Program-made: the position numbers and the translations under genes
DNA from: Chrysomallon squamiferum
Taxonomy: Eukaryota > Animalia > Mollusca
NCBI GenBank assembly: GCA_012295275.1
Contig: CM022670.1
Span: forward strand, 25,544,001 to 25,608,000
Length of the DNA stretch: 64,000 nt
Reading direction: 5' to 3'
Notes under the pieces: model-generated
What the model was told of the DNA's origin: nothing
Databases searched by the model: none
The model's input: the letters and a program-made list of their open reading frames with translations, nothing else
Shown here: positions 50,955 through 64,000 of the stretch, piece after piece
Position numbering within the stretch: the stretch's first letter is position 1
Layout: each line of letters opens with the position of its first letter

Positions 50955-51358
50955 TAGATATATATATACACACATACACAGACACACACACGCGCACACA
51001 CAATTAGATACAAACACGCACATTCAAATAAATACAGAGAAAGTCAAACAAAACGCACACATACAAAAACACGTAAAACACAAAAACATGCAGGGGCTCA
51101 TTGAAAACATGCAGGGCTCATTGAAACCCTTTACAGGAACATCCATCTTATTTTGTTTATATAACTGTGTGTGTAAGTATTCGTTTACACACATACATAC
51201 ATATAGGTTCACGTATACAATAAAAAAACAAAACAATAATGAACATGTACAAACCATCCACAGAGACACATTATATAATCAAAATCAAAACAACAACAAC
51301 AGAAAGGAAAACACATAAAAATAAAAATACATGCTGCAAAAGCATCGCACACACAAAC

Positions 51359-51457
<99 letters not shown>

Positions 51458-51543
51458 TATTTACATATACAAGAAACCAATATATAATGCATATACAGGT
51501 ACAACAAGAAACATAAATTTTCTACATACAGTTACAGCACACA

Positions 51544-51743
51544 NNNNNNNNNNNNNNNNNNNNNNNNNNNNNNNNNNNNNNNNNNNNNNNNNNNNNNNNN
51601 NNNNNNNNNNNNNNNNNNNNNNNNNNNNNNNNNNNNNNNNNNNNNNNNNNNNNNNNNNNNNNNNNNNNNNNNNNNNNNNNNNNNNNNNNNNNNNNNNNNN
51701 NNNNNNNNNNNNNNNNNNNNNNNNNNNNNNNNNNNNNNNNNNN
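51544..51743. other. Assembly gap (200 N)
   Basis: Run of exactly 200 N next to microsatellite-rich DNA. Confidence 1.
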
Positions 51744-51762
51744 TGATTTGGAAAATTCTTAC

Positions 51763-52344
51763 AAAGTAATCAGTATGTGGTCTTCTAGTATTAATCTTTG
51801 TTATAAAATGTCCTTTGACTCGCAGCTTAATACATTTCTCTTCCTCATTTATAATGTCGTTTGTTCTTAGGGTTGAAGAAAACTTAGGTTACAGATTTTT
51901 TTTTTTTCAGAAAAATAATGTTAAAAACAAAAATAAAATAAAATAAAATAAAATAAAACAAGTAATAAAACGAATAAATAAAGTAATTAAACAAATAAAA
52001 CAAGTAATAAAACGAATAAATAAAGTAATTAAACAAGAATATAATAATAATATAATAAAATCAGTGTTAGAACGACATCTGCAGTTCCAAAATTTCCCCG
52101 CGTCTTTCAGCTGTAAATAATGATGTCCACGCTCTTCATATTAAATTATTAATTACATAATTTGGACAAGAAGAAGGTTTTCAAAAAATAATTCATTATC
52201 GTATTATTTAAAATGAGTATCTTACAACTTATAATATGCACTGGCCGTCATGTCAACATGCAGGTGGTTTCTCTGAGATATCAGTATTCCATATAATAAA
52301 GAAAATTTGAAAGAAAATTGTTTATGTACAGAAAAGGTTTATAT

Positions 52345-52411
<67 letters not shown>

Positions 52412-53312
52412 TTGGATAGATAAATAAGATATAAATATAGATACATATTATTATGGCTTCACAAAACGTTTTAACGTAAGGAATTAAAATTAATTATTTA
52501 TTATTAGATGATGGCGGACCGTCATTTATTTATCTGTGTATTATGTAAAGACTTTGCTTACATTTTGTGACAGAACTGGATTAGGATCGGATCAGTGACT
52601 ACACACAAGTTGGCCAACAGCAAGTAGGGTTCTTGTTCCTAAGCCGCGTCACTGTGATTTCTCGCTAACACGTAAATGCATATATGTAGTGTAGGCCAAG
52701 CTATATCCTTATAACGCACTGGACTATATTCTCACTCGTAGAGTTAATTGTTTAATAACTAGTTTTGCTTATGTGATGGAATAAAGTACCCCGACCGTTG
52801 ATACAGAAGTGGAATGAATTTATAACGGTCAGTATGGCGTAACAAAAATGTATTCAAAGACGAAATAGTAAAGTCCATAACACACACATACACACATCGT
52901 CTTGATATAATAATTATTATAATCAATATTTTAGGAATAAAACTTGTATGTATGTATGTACGTATGTGTGTGTGTGTATGTGTGTGTGTGTTTGAGTGTA
53001 TATAAGCAGGTTGATAATATGAATTGTTATAACAGATTATGATTTACAAGAAAATAAACGACATTTTCAAAATGAAACCTTGCATATATATTCAGTGGAC
53101 TTTAATTAACACTGTAAACATATTAATACTTATTACTGGTTCAGTTTTTAGTATCTCACTATTGTTTAAATGCAGCAGAATTGTGTCACCAAGTTATCCA
53201 AAGAGAAATAGAGAAGTATTATATATTCCAAATATGGAGGGCAAACCTATTATCAAAATAAAATTGCAATGACCCTAGATGAGCAGCGTAAGAGCCATTC
53301 ATCAGCCAGAAA
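51763..53312 (+). repeat. Near-identical duplicate of 41385-42862 (LRRC74 upstream region plus first ~11 codons)
   Basis: Colinear from AAAGTAATCAGTATGTGGTC to ATGAGCAGCGTAAGAGCCATTCATCAGCCAGAAAA, then breaks in an A-run. Confidence 0.92.
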
Positions 53313-53355
53313 AAAAAAGAAAAAGAAGTACCACTGTAAACTAATCAGTGCAATT

Positions 53356-53690
53356 TTAGGATAACAACAAAGGGTTGACTTCCTTTTTCATCGTCGGAGT
53401 TAGCTGTGTTAAAGCCGCGAACCAGAGAGTTTCGACGATGCCTTTGTCTCTGCCAGCACTGACTGCTAAATACGAACACTTCTTCTTCTTGAGGTAGCAT
53501 TTGATTCCTCGATCCAAGTTTAACGTCATGTCTGCACGTATGTACACAAACGTCACGTTCCCCACTTTTTCAGGAAGCATTCCATAGAGATAAATGTCAA
53601 CAACCCAGAAGAAAGGTGTCAGATAAGAGGCACGGTACAGTGGTAATATGAGGTCACGGGATATCAGTACTAGGTAACCCAGGCAGTATT
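53356..53690 (-). pseudogene. GT31 subfamily C fragment, C-terminal ~110 codons
   Basis: YCLGYLVLISRDLILPLYRASYLTPFFWVVDIYLYGMLPEKVGNV...TQLTPTMKKEVNPLLLS* is an open frame, but 5'-truncated at a TATG microsatellite. Confidence 0.88.
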
Positions 53691-53929
53691 TATGTATGTA
53701 TGTATGTGTATGCGAGTCTTTTCTCTATTTATATGCACGTGTGTATTTAAGCACTATCATAATAACATTTTAATCAAATTCCAGCATTATTTTTTTTCAC
53801 AATTTTTTAGTTATAGAAAGATATTTTGTATGAAATAACTACTGATAAACTAAAATAACAGAACATTTAATGAAAGAAAGAAAACAGTTTGATTTATCAG
53901 AAAGCAGTTTAGAAAATTACAAAATCTAA

Positions 53930-54100
53930 AACCTACCTCAGTCTATAATTCTATTCTATTTAATCAAATTTAATGCGCACACGGGGTAGATCTTAAAGGC
54001 AAAAAAATTAATGCGCCTGCGCAGGAAATGATTTTAAATCAAGGCGACAAAGCTGGAATGAAAGAATGCAAACAATGTTTATACCGACTGGTGAAAACAG
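53930..54100. promoter_or_regulatory. Diverged copy of the NRF1 + ETS-like promoter block
   Basis: TGCGCCTGCGCAGGAAATGAT at 54012 and the minus-strand GAG|GTAGGT donor are retained while the flanks have diverged. Confidence 0.5.
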
Positions 54101-54870
54101 AGTGTAATGTCAGAACCACCGATAACTTCAGTTCACTGGATCTAAATTATGTACCCTATATATATATATGTATATATGTATGTATATATGTCAGAAATAG
54201 AAATCAGTAAGTTGATCACACACACACAGACACACACATACACACTTACAAATACACACAAACAAATACACACACATACACACACACACACATATATATA
54301 TAGCTAATATGATACTACTACCACTAATACTACTATTACTATTACTATTTCTGCTACAACTGTCACATTAATTTCTCAGTATGTGAATGATTATTATTTC
54401 TTTTGTTAAGCGTTGATTATAGTATGTAGTGTGTGTATCTTACTTGTTAAATTATGTTCACACGACGCACTGAATAAAAATTGCTTATTATATTCTAAAA
54501 TTGTAAGTGCTTATTAGTAATCCTGCAATAAATAAATCGAAGATTTCTCACCTTTTTGACATTATCTCTGAATGTTTTATTTTTCACATGCTGTTGCAAA
54601 GAATCCGGTCGTGAGAGTTTTCTAGATACCTTTCTTCTTTTTTATTATTTTTATTATTTTAATTTTATTTTCTCTTCCGTAAATAATAGCTTTTTCTACA
54701 TAGATAGAAGTAATGAATGAATGAATGAAGTAATATAATTGTTTTATATATATCAACAGCAACAAGGAAACAACAAATAACAAAACAACATCAGTCAACA
54801 ACAACCACAACAACAACAATTTACAACAACAACAAATTTAATGCGAATAATAATAATAAAATAAAAATAA

Positions 54871-54916
<46 letters not shown>

Positions 54917-55463
54917 GAATGCAAGAAAGGAGCCGTCGAAAACGTCAGCACAAACGTTCCTGCAGAAATGGCACTAAAATACATGTACTTCCCGTTGTCA
55001 GTCTTAAAAAAAAAGTTCTGATGTTCAAGGGAGACAACTCCTGAAATCAACACCATCTGAGGTCTGCGCCTTTTTCTGAATAATAAATTATTATTCTTGG
55101 GAAAAAATAAATAATAATAATAAAATAACACTAACAACAACAACAACAATAATAACAATAATAATAAATAATATATAATAATAAAACAACTTCCTAAATA
55201 ACAGCAACACAACAATTATAATCATAGAATAATGAAATATTTATCTGAGTAGAAATCTAAAACAAAATTAATATAAAATATATAAACAGTAACAGACCAA
55301 CATGAGTTATTATTATTATAATTTTTATTCTTATTATATATTTTTAAAATGATCCTAAATAACAATTATCAGCATTTCTAATGAAAACTCATACTATATC
55401 AACTATTGCAACAATAATTGTCACATTTTATTTTTCATCTAATAACTAAAATTTTATTTACAG

Positions 55464-55900
55464 GAATTCTTTGGTGAAGATAAAAATGAACAAATCCCAT
55501 TAATATAATTGACGTCGCTCAAAAAAAGAAAGATTAGAGTCACTTGAGAATTATTTCACCTACTTTAAACAAAATCTACAGCCTGAAACAGTTCAGATCG
55601 AAGGAGTTTATATACTACTCGACACCTTATCTCATACTTGTTATAACATTTTATTATATTTATGTGACAAGTCTGCAGTATAGGAACCTGGCATTAAGGA
55701 TATTTAACAACACGCACGTTGTCTTGAAAAGCGCTGTTGAGAATCCTGACGGTACTGTCGATGTAGTTTTAAATGTTCCAGGCCTTTGAGAATGATTTCC
55801 AGAACTTTTCAGAAGAGGACATCTGAGTCATCGAGACGGTGTCCTCCCACCTAGCCAAAAACTTAACCAAATCAGTCTATTACAACATCACTGAGTTTTG
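55464..55900 (+). pseudogene. Orphan type-II membrane protein exon fragment (copy 3, longest)
   Basis: YSLKQFRSKEFIYYSTPYLILVITFYYIYV...ENPDGTVDVV, then in a shifted frame FQAFENDFQNFSEEDI*VIETVSSHLAKNLTKSVYYNITEF. Confidence 0.5.
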
Positions 55901-55942
55901 ACATATTTGATTATGACGTTAATTAGGACAAATACAAATGAT

Positions 55943-56042
<100 letters not shown>

Positions 56043-56825
56043 TTTTGTTTTGTTTTTTCAATTTTGTAAGCTCTGAAAGCAAATAAGGAAGTACTATATC
56101 AAAAAAGTCCTACTCTCCACCTTTCTCCTTAAACAAACATTTACGCAATTGTCGATTTTATTTTCTTCTTGTTTTCTTTAGTAGCAATTTCATGTCCTCT
56201 TTCTCAGTCCCAGCAAATTTCACATAACTACTAATCAAATATCTATTACATTATGACTGTCCCCTTTTCTCCAACAACGAATAAAGTGAAATATAAATAT
56301 GTCAAAATGTTCTTACCCCTTAGAATGAAAAACTATTTGTCTAACAAAGACCCTTTCTTTAGTAAAATACCTATTGTTCTCGTTTTCAAAGGATTGAAAC
56401 AGAATCAGTGTAGACAGATTATTATCTTGGATTTTATATTCATTTCATTTAAAAACACACACCGCTACAAGAAACAAAAACACTAATATTATGTGAAAAA
56501 AAAGAAGAAGAAGATGAAAAAAAGAAACCTGATGCCCTTCAGCAGGATGATATCAGAAACATAATATTTTTGACAAAATGACACAATAAATACATAGTCA
56601 GTGACCAAAAGATGAGAGACGGAGAGAGTCCTATGAATATTTATTTTAAACATACATTTATATTAACAATTATGAAATGTCATATTTTCTCTGAAATATA
56701 GTAATAACAACATGAAGTTTATTTATTTATTTATTTATTATTTTTTTACAACAAGAGTATTATTATCAAAAATATTATGTACAGTCTATTACGTATTCGT
56801 ATAAAAATAAAAAGAAGATAATGTT

Positions 56826-57986
56826 CTAGTAGTTTCCCACTGTAGAAGTAACATTATGATACAACACCACTGGATTCACTTCATTTTTCATTTCAGGTCC
56901 TAGCTGAGACACTGCTGCGAACCACATCTTTTCGACGGCTTCGATCTTTTTCCCAGCAAGCACAGCTAAATAAGAACAGTTTCTGGTTTTTGTGTAGCAG
57001 TCGAGACCAATATTTACCTTCATGACCGCAATTGGCAGAATGCTTTCAAATGTCACATTGCCCACCTTGTTTGGAAGCATTCCAAACAAGTAAAGATCAT
57101 CTATCCAAAAGAACGGAGTTATGTAAGCAGCTTGATATAGCGGATATATTAGGTCACGCGATATAAGAACTAGGTAGCCCATGCAATAGTGAAATGGATA
57201 TTTGACATAGCCACGAAATATTTTCTTGTCCACAACCCATTTAGTTTTCCTTCTGTGGATGGGGTTGGTTCCTTTCTTTTGAAGGGGACAAAACATGGAA
57301 CGTTTTCTCGAAATTAATTTAGGATAAAATTTGTCCATTAGAATGAAAACGTTGAGAAATAGGTCGTCGTCTACTTTGACAATCATTTCGGCTTCTTGAC
57401 AAAATTCATGTGTCCATCTCAAAGCTAGAACTCCTTTGTGAGTCAGATTGTGATATGTGTCTAGGAAATTTCCCTGAACGATATCACCATTCACAACACT
57501 TTCTTTTTCTATCAGCTTCTGAATGTTTTGGTTCTTTGGTATTCCAAAGAAAAACACTACCCTGAACTGAAATTTAGGAAATATATTTCTGTTGGCCCAC
57601 GTTTCTCGAATTATTCTGCGATTTCTAACATTTGTCGTCGCACTGTGGACAATGATTAGAAACTTCAAGTTTGTCACATTTACACAGATACTGGGATTGT
57701 TTATTATGTAAGGTGATTCGAGAGTCAGTGCATACTGTGTTCGCTTTGAGATTTTTATGAAGCTAGAAGTTTTAATTTCATTTTCTTTTGCAGAGGCTAC
57801 TTTTTTGTCAGTATAATTTAACACTGTTGTGTCAGAAATACTATTTTGCTTCATAAAGAGATGTTTCGTCATATATTTGCTGTTGAAAAAGATATATCTA
57901 TAATTATTATAAAGTAAAAAACTATTTATTATCAATAATAACAATATGAAAGAGAAAACGAAAGGAATTCCTTTGGTCTGTACCAT
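56826..57986 (-). CDS. GT31 beta-1,3-galactosyltransferase-like protein, subfamily A copy D (386 aa)
   Basis: Intact ORF with a TM anchor and all GT31 motifs. Upstream acceptor at 58093-58094. Confidence 0.95.
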   Translation of the reverse strand: MVQTKGIPFVFSFILLLLIINSFLLYNNYRYIFFNSKYMTKHLFMKQNSISDTTVLNYTDKKVASAKENEIKTSSFIKISKRTQYALTLESPYIINNPSICVNVTNLKFLIIVHSATTNVRNRRIIRETWANRNIFPKFQFRVVFFFGIPKNQNIQKLIEKESVVNGDIVQGNFLDTYHNLTHKGVLALRWTHEFCQEAEMIVKVDDDLFLNVFILMDKFYPKLISRKRSMFCPLQKKGTNPIHRRKTKWVVDKKIFRGYVKYPFHYCMGYLVLISRDLIYPLYQAAYITPFFWIDDLYLFGMLPNKVGNVTFESILPIAVMKVNIGLDCYTKTRNCSYLAVLAGKKIEAVEKMWFAAVSQLGPEMKNEVNPVVLYHNVTSTVGNY

Positions 57987-60900
57987 TTTCAGTTCATTTA
58001 TTTAACAAAGACTGCAAGTTGTATTAATTTCAGTTTTTTTGTTTTTCAGTAGTCCGTTAGTTTCCTCATTATCCGGTTTACAGCAGTCGAATCTGTAAAA
58101 AAAAAGAAAAAGGAAGTAATTTCTATAGAGGATTTTGTATTATAATGCGCTCACTTGTTTTTTTGTTAACATCATTTTCAGATTGATGTATAACTGCTGC
58201 TGTTTTATGACTACAATCAAATGTGAATTTAATAACAATAAGAAAAACAACAACAACAACAACAACAACGATAATAATAATAATAATAATTATAAATAAA
58301 AATAAACAAATAAATAAATAAATAAGTAAATAAATAATTGTTCTCTTTAACGAAAATAACACCCACATATATAGGTTTATTGGAAAGAAACTCCACTCTA
58401 CTTTGTGTTGTATTAGACACTGGTTATATTCAACCAAAATATATATAAACGATGACTCGTTCTTAAAAGCAGGTCAAAGAATTAGTTTAATTCTATTATG
58501 GCACTGGCAGGCTTTCCACTCCTACACAAATAAGTTTTGTTAACAAATAGATGAGATTTGGTTTTGGTTCACGTGATTGGAAGGGGTTAAGGATCTAGTT
58601 GTGAACTGTTTGTGATCAGTTACTAAAGAAAATTAATGTGATAACGTTTGTGAATTTGTACAATTATAAAACTGTAACATGGTTTTTATTTTTTATTTTT
58701 CATTAAAATGAAGCATCTACACTATAAACATATTTTACACTATAAAGAAATGTTTACATTGTATATAACAAAGTTCTGCATATATGTTATCATAAACGTA
58801 TGTATTAATTGTATTTGATATTATAAAACAACATTTGTTATTCGTCACAGTTATGTACTGAAATTATGTGCTGATAAAAAAGCGCATTAGTGCACAAAAT
58901 TCCATTTTTAAAGTTCGATTAAACAGCAGAAATAAATTTTTCAAATACGTATTATTTTCATAGAGCAAAAGAAGTTTCACAATGTGCATATGAAATGCAG
59001 AGGTCAGTAGAAGCACATTAAGAGGCAATTAGATATTTCTTTTGTGTTGTTAGAGAATAAATACACAAAAGACTGAGCTGATATCTCGTGTTCGTCTCGA
59101 GTAACTGAATTTTTTGAAAGCAGACTTTTACATCTTATTTTATTTTTTAGTAGCTTTAAGCATTTTGGCTGACAAATATATCTTTCATAAATAAAAAAAA
59201 ATAAAAAAGATAAAATACATTTGATAAATGCAGTTTAAATAATTATTCTGCACTCCGTCCTTAGAGGCGTATCTTGTATGTGCAGCTATAGGAATCTATT
59301 AATACTAAACTATAAGACTAGTAGAGCGGCATTTTCAGTCTCGGTATTTCACTGTCAATCTTTTCTAATGGAAACAATCAGAAAGTGCATGGAAGTCTAT
59401 ATAATGTGTTAATCTATTGAATCATTTTACCTTCGTTGTTATTCCTGTTTTACGTACGTTTTCACTAAGCTAAATTTGCCATGCCAGTGTTACGATGAAC
59501 AATATATCATATAAAGCAACAGGCAATATTTTCTCTTGAAATTTATTTCTTTCAATTTTTACAACCTAGGATAGGCCTGTTGATTTTGTTTTTTTACCAT
59601 TAACGTTTAGGGAATATTTGTTGAGCGTTTATATATTTTATATATTTTTATTTTTTATGATGCCACTAAACATGAATTTTTTTTTTAAATCACTCGAATT
59701 TATATAATACATTTTTTTTTTGCTTTTTTTTTATTTATATATACCAGTCAAACAAAGTCAATGGGGCGCATCTTTCTATATAATTGATTTTTCTCTTGTT
59801 TTTATTTAGTTTTATTATTATTATTATTGTTTTGGTATTATAATTTGTTATTTATTTATATATTTAGTTGTTTTTATTGATTGTTTAAAAAGAGTATCTT
59901 AAATCTTGTAATGTACACTGGCCACGACATCATCATGCAGATGGTTCCTCTGAGTCATCAGTATTTCAAATACTGAAGTAAATTTAAATAAAATTATTTA
60001 TTTATACAGTATATTTATATACGTATTTAAATGCATGTGCGTGTGCCTGTGCGTGTCTGAGTTTTTGTTATAATATTTAAACGTATTATTATGGCTTTAT
60101 AAAACTGTAAGGCAAGGAATTAAAAACAATTATTTATTGTTTAATAATGGCACGTGACCCTCATAGTTTATGGAATATTTGTGGACGTTTATATATTTTA
60201 CATATTTTTATTTTTTATAATGCACTAAACTAGACTTAGTTTAGAAGAAAAAGAAATGATTCTTTGAACTGATTACGAAGAGTTGCTGGCTTGAACTTGG
60301 ACAGAAGAATCTAATCACGTGATATAACAGCCAGAGAGTTTTTCTGTAACGTTACATAATTTATGCTATGCTAAATGCACAACAAGACACAAACGAGTAC
60401 GCCTGTTTACGTATATGAATTTAGAAGAAAAAAAAAAAAGGTGTTTGTATTGATTACTAAGAGTATCTGGCTTGCAGAGAAGTTTGTAACCAGGCGATGT
60501 AACAACGACATAATTTTTTTTTTTTTTTTTTACAATTTGCATCATGCGAGATGTTGCATATAATTTCAAACAACTTCAACCTTCTATTAAAGGCGACGTC
60601 TTTTATTATGTGAAGTGATTACTAATTGCATGAAAACTAAAATAATATTTTTACTTTGTCATAAAATGTCGTTTATCCGCAACTAAATTTCCTTATGTTT
60701 TTGTTAGTATTCGTCTTTCGCTCTCTCTAGTTTCTTTCATGCTAAAGGTTAAGGAAACATTGTTGTATAAAACTAGGCTTTTAAGATTTTGTTGTTTTCT
60801 GTATGATACAATCTCAGGCAACAAGTCGATGATGTAGACATGTCAACAATGCCCGTAAAGATTAACTTATATATTATGTTGATTCTGTGATGTCCATTAT

Positions 60901-61699
60901 TTTACTTTAAGTACGTAAAAATAATTTCTTTAGTAATCTTGTCGTCTTCATCCCTGTTAGCGATTCTTGATTTGCATTTAAAATTAAAATTAAATTTAAA
61001 AAAATAAAAAAATAAAAAAATAAATAAAGTAATTAAATGTAAACAACAAATTACGATAAATGAATATATGTAACAACTTTGTATTATCACATTGTTTAAA
61101 AAGAGTATCTTAAATCTTGTTATGTACACTGGCCACGACGTCATTATGCAGGTGGTTTCTCAGAGTCATCAGTATTTCAAATACTAAAGTAAATTTAAAT
61201 ACGTATGTGAGTGCGTGTGCGTGTGTCTGTCTGAGTTTGTGTGATAATATTTAAACGTATTATTGTGGCTTCATAAAACTTTAAGGAATTAAAAGCAATT
61301 ATTTATTGTTAAATGATGGCAGGTGGCCAAGTATCTCGTATGTTATTTAAAGATTTTACTTACATTGATCTGGATTATGATCGGATTATTGATTGCATTC
61401 AAACAGGCAAACCGCAAGAAGGGTTCTTGTTCCTAAACCGCGCCACTGTCATTTCTCACTAACACATAAATGCTTATATGTAGTGTAGGCCAAACTACAT
61501 CCTTATAAGCAGTGGACTATATTCTCACTCGTTGAGTTAAGTGTCCAATAATTAATTTTACTTCATTGATGGAATAATATATCCTGACAGCTGACACAAA
61601 AGTGGAATCTTCTGAATATTAAAACGGTTAGTACATCACAATAAAAATTCACACAAAAGGAAAATAGTAAGTAAAGCCTTCAACACGCGACACATACAC

Positions 61700-61810
61700 A
61701 GGCTGAGGATCCCGTATCCGAAATCCCGACATCCGAAAAGCTCCGAAATCCGAAACTTTTTACCGAGCAGCACAAATAATAATATCTTACAGTTTTCGGA
61801 CCTTTTATCC
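61700..61810. mobile_element. Left third of the Tigger-like MITE, truncated by a deletion
   Basis: Matches 31700-31808, then jumps to sequence equivalent to ~32874. Confidence 0.75.
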
Positions 61811-62007
61811 AAAACAAAGGACCCTCAAAATAAACAGAACAACAACAACAACAACAACAACAACAATAATAATAATAATAATAATAACTTTTGTCGACTC
61901 TTATATGTAAAAATAAATGAGTCATTAAGAAAAAAAGAAAGAAAAGAACAACACAAAAAAGACAAAAAAGAACAAAACTGTACAACTGTAAACAAATCAA
62001 AGCACTT

Positions 62008-62439
62008 TTATGATAACAACAAAGGGTTGACTTCTTTTTTCAATATCGGAGTTAGTTGTGTGCAAACAGATGAATGCCAAACCAAAGAAGAAAACTAGTC
62101 TTAAATTAACATTTTTAAAGGTAATTGCGCTGGCCCATGTTTCTCGAATTATTCTTCGTCCTTGAAAGATATTGATATGAACCATAATTAGAAATTTGAG
62201 ATTATTGGTATCTGAACAAACATTACGATTATTTATGACATAGAGGGATTCAAGGGTCAGTGGGTATAAACTTCGTTTTGTTATTCGATGTAAGTCCCTG
62301 TTAGACTTCTCTTTTACTGCCTGAATGTTTTTGGTTTTATTTTCACAAGTTACTTTAATTTGAGAAAATGAAATAATTAATATGATTAGGTTACCTGGAA
62401 AGCAAATTGTGTTAATGGTTCATATTCTGTACGCATCAT
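62008..62439 (-). pseudogene. GT31 subfamily C core-deleted pseudogene, duplicate of 33113-33544
   Basis: Same internal deletion junction (CAGATGAATG.CAAACCAAAG) and near-identical sequence. Confidence 0.85.
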
Positions 62440-62982
62440 TATTGATAAATTTGCGGAAAGAGATCAATTTTCTTTCTTTTCATATGATTAGTTGTATATT
62501 TTACAATCACATAAAGATTTTTTTCACGGTAAGTTTTTAGTCCAAATGCACGCGAATACCTTTTTTATCTTTTTCTTTTTTATTTTTCTGTTTTCATTTT
62601 TATTACCTTTTGAAATAACATTATGAATTAAGCGTTTTTCATCGTTTCATTTTCGAGTAAGTTTCGAACGATTATGTAATTAATCTAAGAATCGTTTATC
62701 TGCTAAAGTAACGCATTGCATCTTTTGTTCGGTTATTAGTTTTTCATGAAATTTGATATGTCAGTGACACTGCTGTTATTCACTCTCTCCTGTGACCGTA
62801 TACACATTTTAGCTCACCTATCGTGCTTCGTCAATAAGATTACTTTACAACCTCACAGCACCCGTGGTTGACTAACTCTGTAAAGAAGCCGTCTACTGTT
62901 CCAGTTAATTGTTTGCTGCACGATGAATTTCTAAAATACTGTCTCCGCAAAAACATAAAGAAATCGACAATAACACCGGCAA

Positions 62983-63026
<44 letters not shown>

Positions 63027-63359
63027 TGTGTGTATCTGTGTGTGTGTGTGATAAATAATGTATATATTAAAGTATTTACGTACATACGAATATCTCTACG
63101 TGTATCTCTATGGGTGACTGTGTGTGTGAGCATGCATATGTCTGTGCAAGTCTTGTCTGTATTTATATATACGCGTGTATTCAAGCACTAACATAATAAG
63201 ATCTTAATCAAAATCCTCTTTTATTTTTTGAACAATAAATTTAGTTACAGAAAAATATCTTTAATCAATAACTACTGATAAAATAAAATAATATAAAATT
63301 TAATGAAAATAAGAAAACAAAACTTTTATCAAAAAGCAGTTTAGGAAATTAGAAAATCT

Positions 63360-63540
63360 AAAACCTACCTCTATTTACAATTTTTTTCTATTAAATAAAT
63401 TTCAGTGCGCACATGGGTTAGACTGTTCACACAAAAAACTGAATGCGCCTGCGCAGGAAATGATTTTAAACCTAGGCGACAAAGCTGGAACGAAAGAATG
63501 CGAATAAATTTTATACCGACTGGTGAATATAGAATAGGTG
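63360..63540. promoter_or_regulatory. Third copy of the NRF1 + ETS-like promoter block
   Basis: TGCGCCTGCGCAGGAAAT at 63444, near-identical to 34430-34600. Confidence 0.5.
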
Positions 63541-64000
63541 ATTAAAGAAAAAATAGTTCACTGGATTTAAATTATGTGCCCTAAATATAGATAGATAGAT
63601 AGATAGATACACGTAAAAATATATATATCATCAACGTTCTGATTTCTACCTCAGCTATAACCACCACCATCAGTACTAAAGCTACAATGATACGACTATC
63701 ATTAATACTACTGTTCCTATTGCTATTACTGCTACAACTGTCACCATTTATTTCTCAATGTGAAAGGTTTATTTTTATTTTTTCTTAAACGTTGATTACA
63801 ATGTATAGTGTGCTACATTTAAATTACCTTCACACGACGCATGAATATAAATTGCTAAAGTTCTAAGTGCCTGTTAGTAATCCTGCAATAAATAAATCGA
63901 CAATATTGTCAAGAGTTCTCACCTTTAACATAATAGCATTAACTTTGAATATTTTACTTGTCACATGCTGTTGTCTAGGGACAGGCCGTGAGATAACGTT

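Overview
AT-rich, microsatellite-rich animal DNA with GT-AG introns. It is lophotrochozoan-like and probably a gastropod mollusc, inferred from gene families and a SINE remnant. There is a 200-N gap at 51544-51743. The window is a heavily rearranged tandem-duplication cluster of GT31 (beta-1,3-galactosyltransferase-like) genes. I count about 10 loci in 3 subfamilies: 3 intact, 1 frameshifted, 1 almost fully deleted and 5 fragments. Two other intact genes lie in the middle: a 2-exon ~888-aa SMB-like/Cys-rich family-B-like 7TM receptor (36352-39580) and a 12-exon 554-aa LRRC74-like LRR + EF-hand gene (42828-48998). Pieces of both genes, of an unidentified type-II membrane protein exon, of an NRF1/ETS-type promoter and of an 11-copy core block are scattered as mosaic shards among the GT31 copies. 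Mobile DNA includes two decayed MULE (FLYWCH/Phantom-like) transposases, a Tigger4/MER46-like MITE, and LINE and SINE remnants. All alignments and counts were done by eye, and family assignments come from remembered motifs, not database searches.
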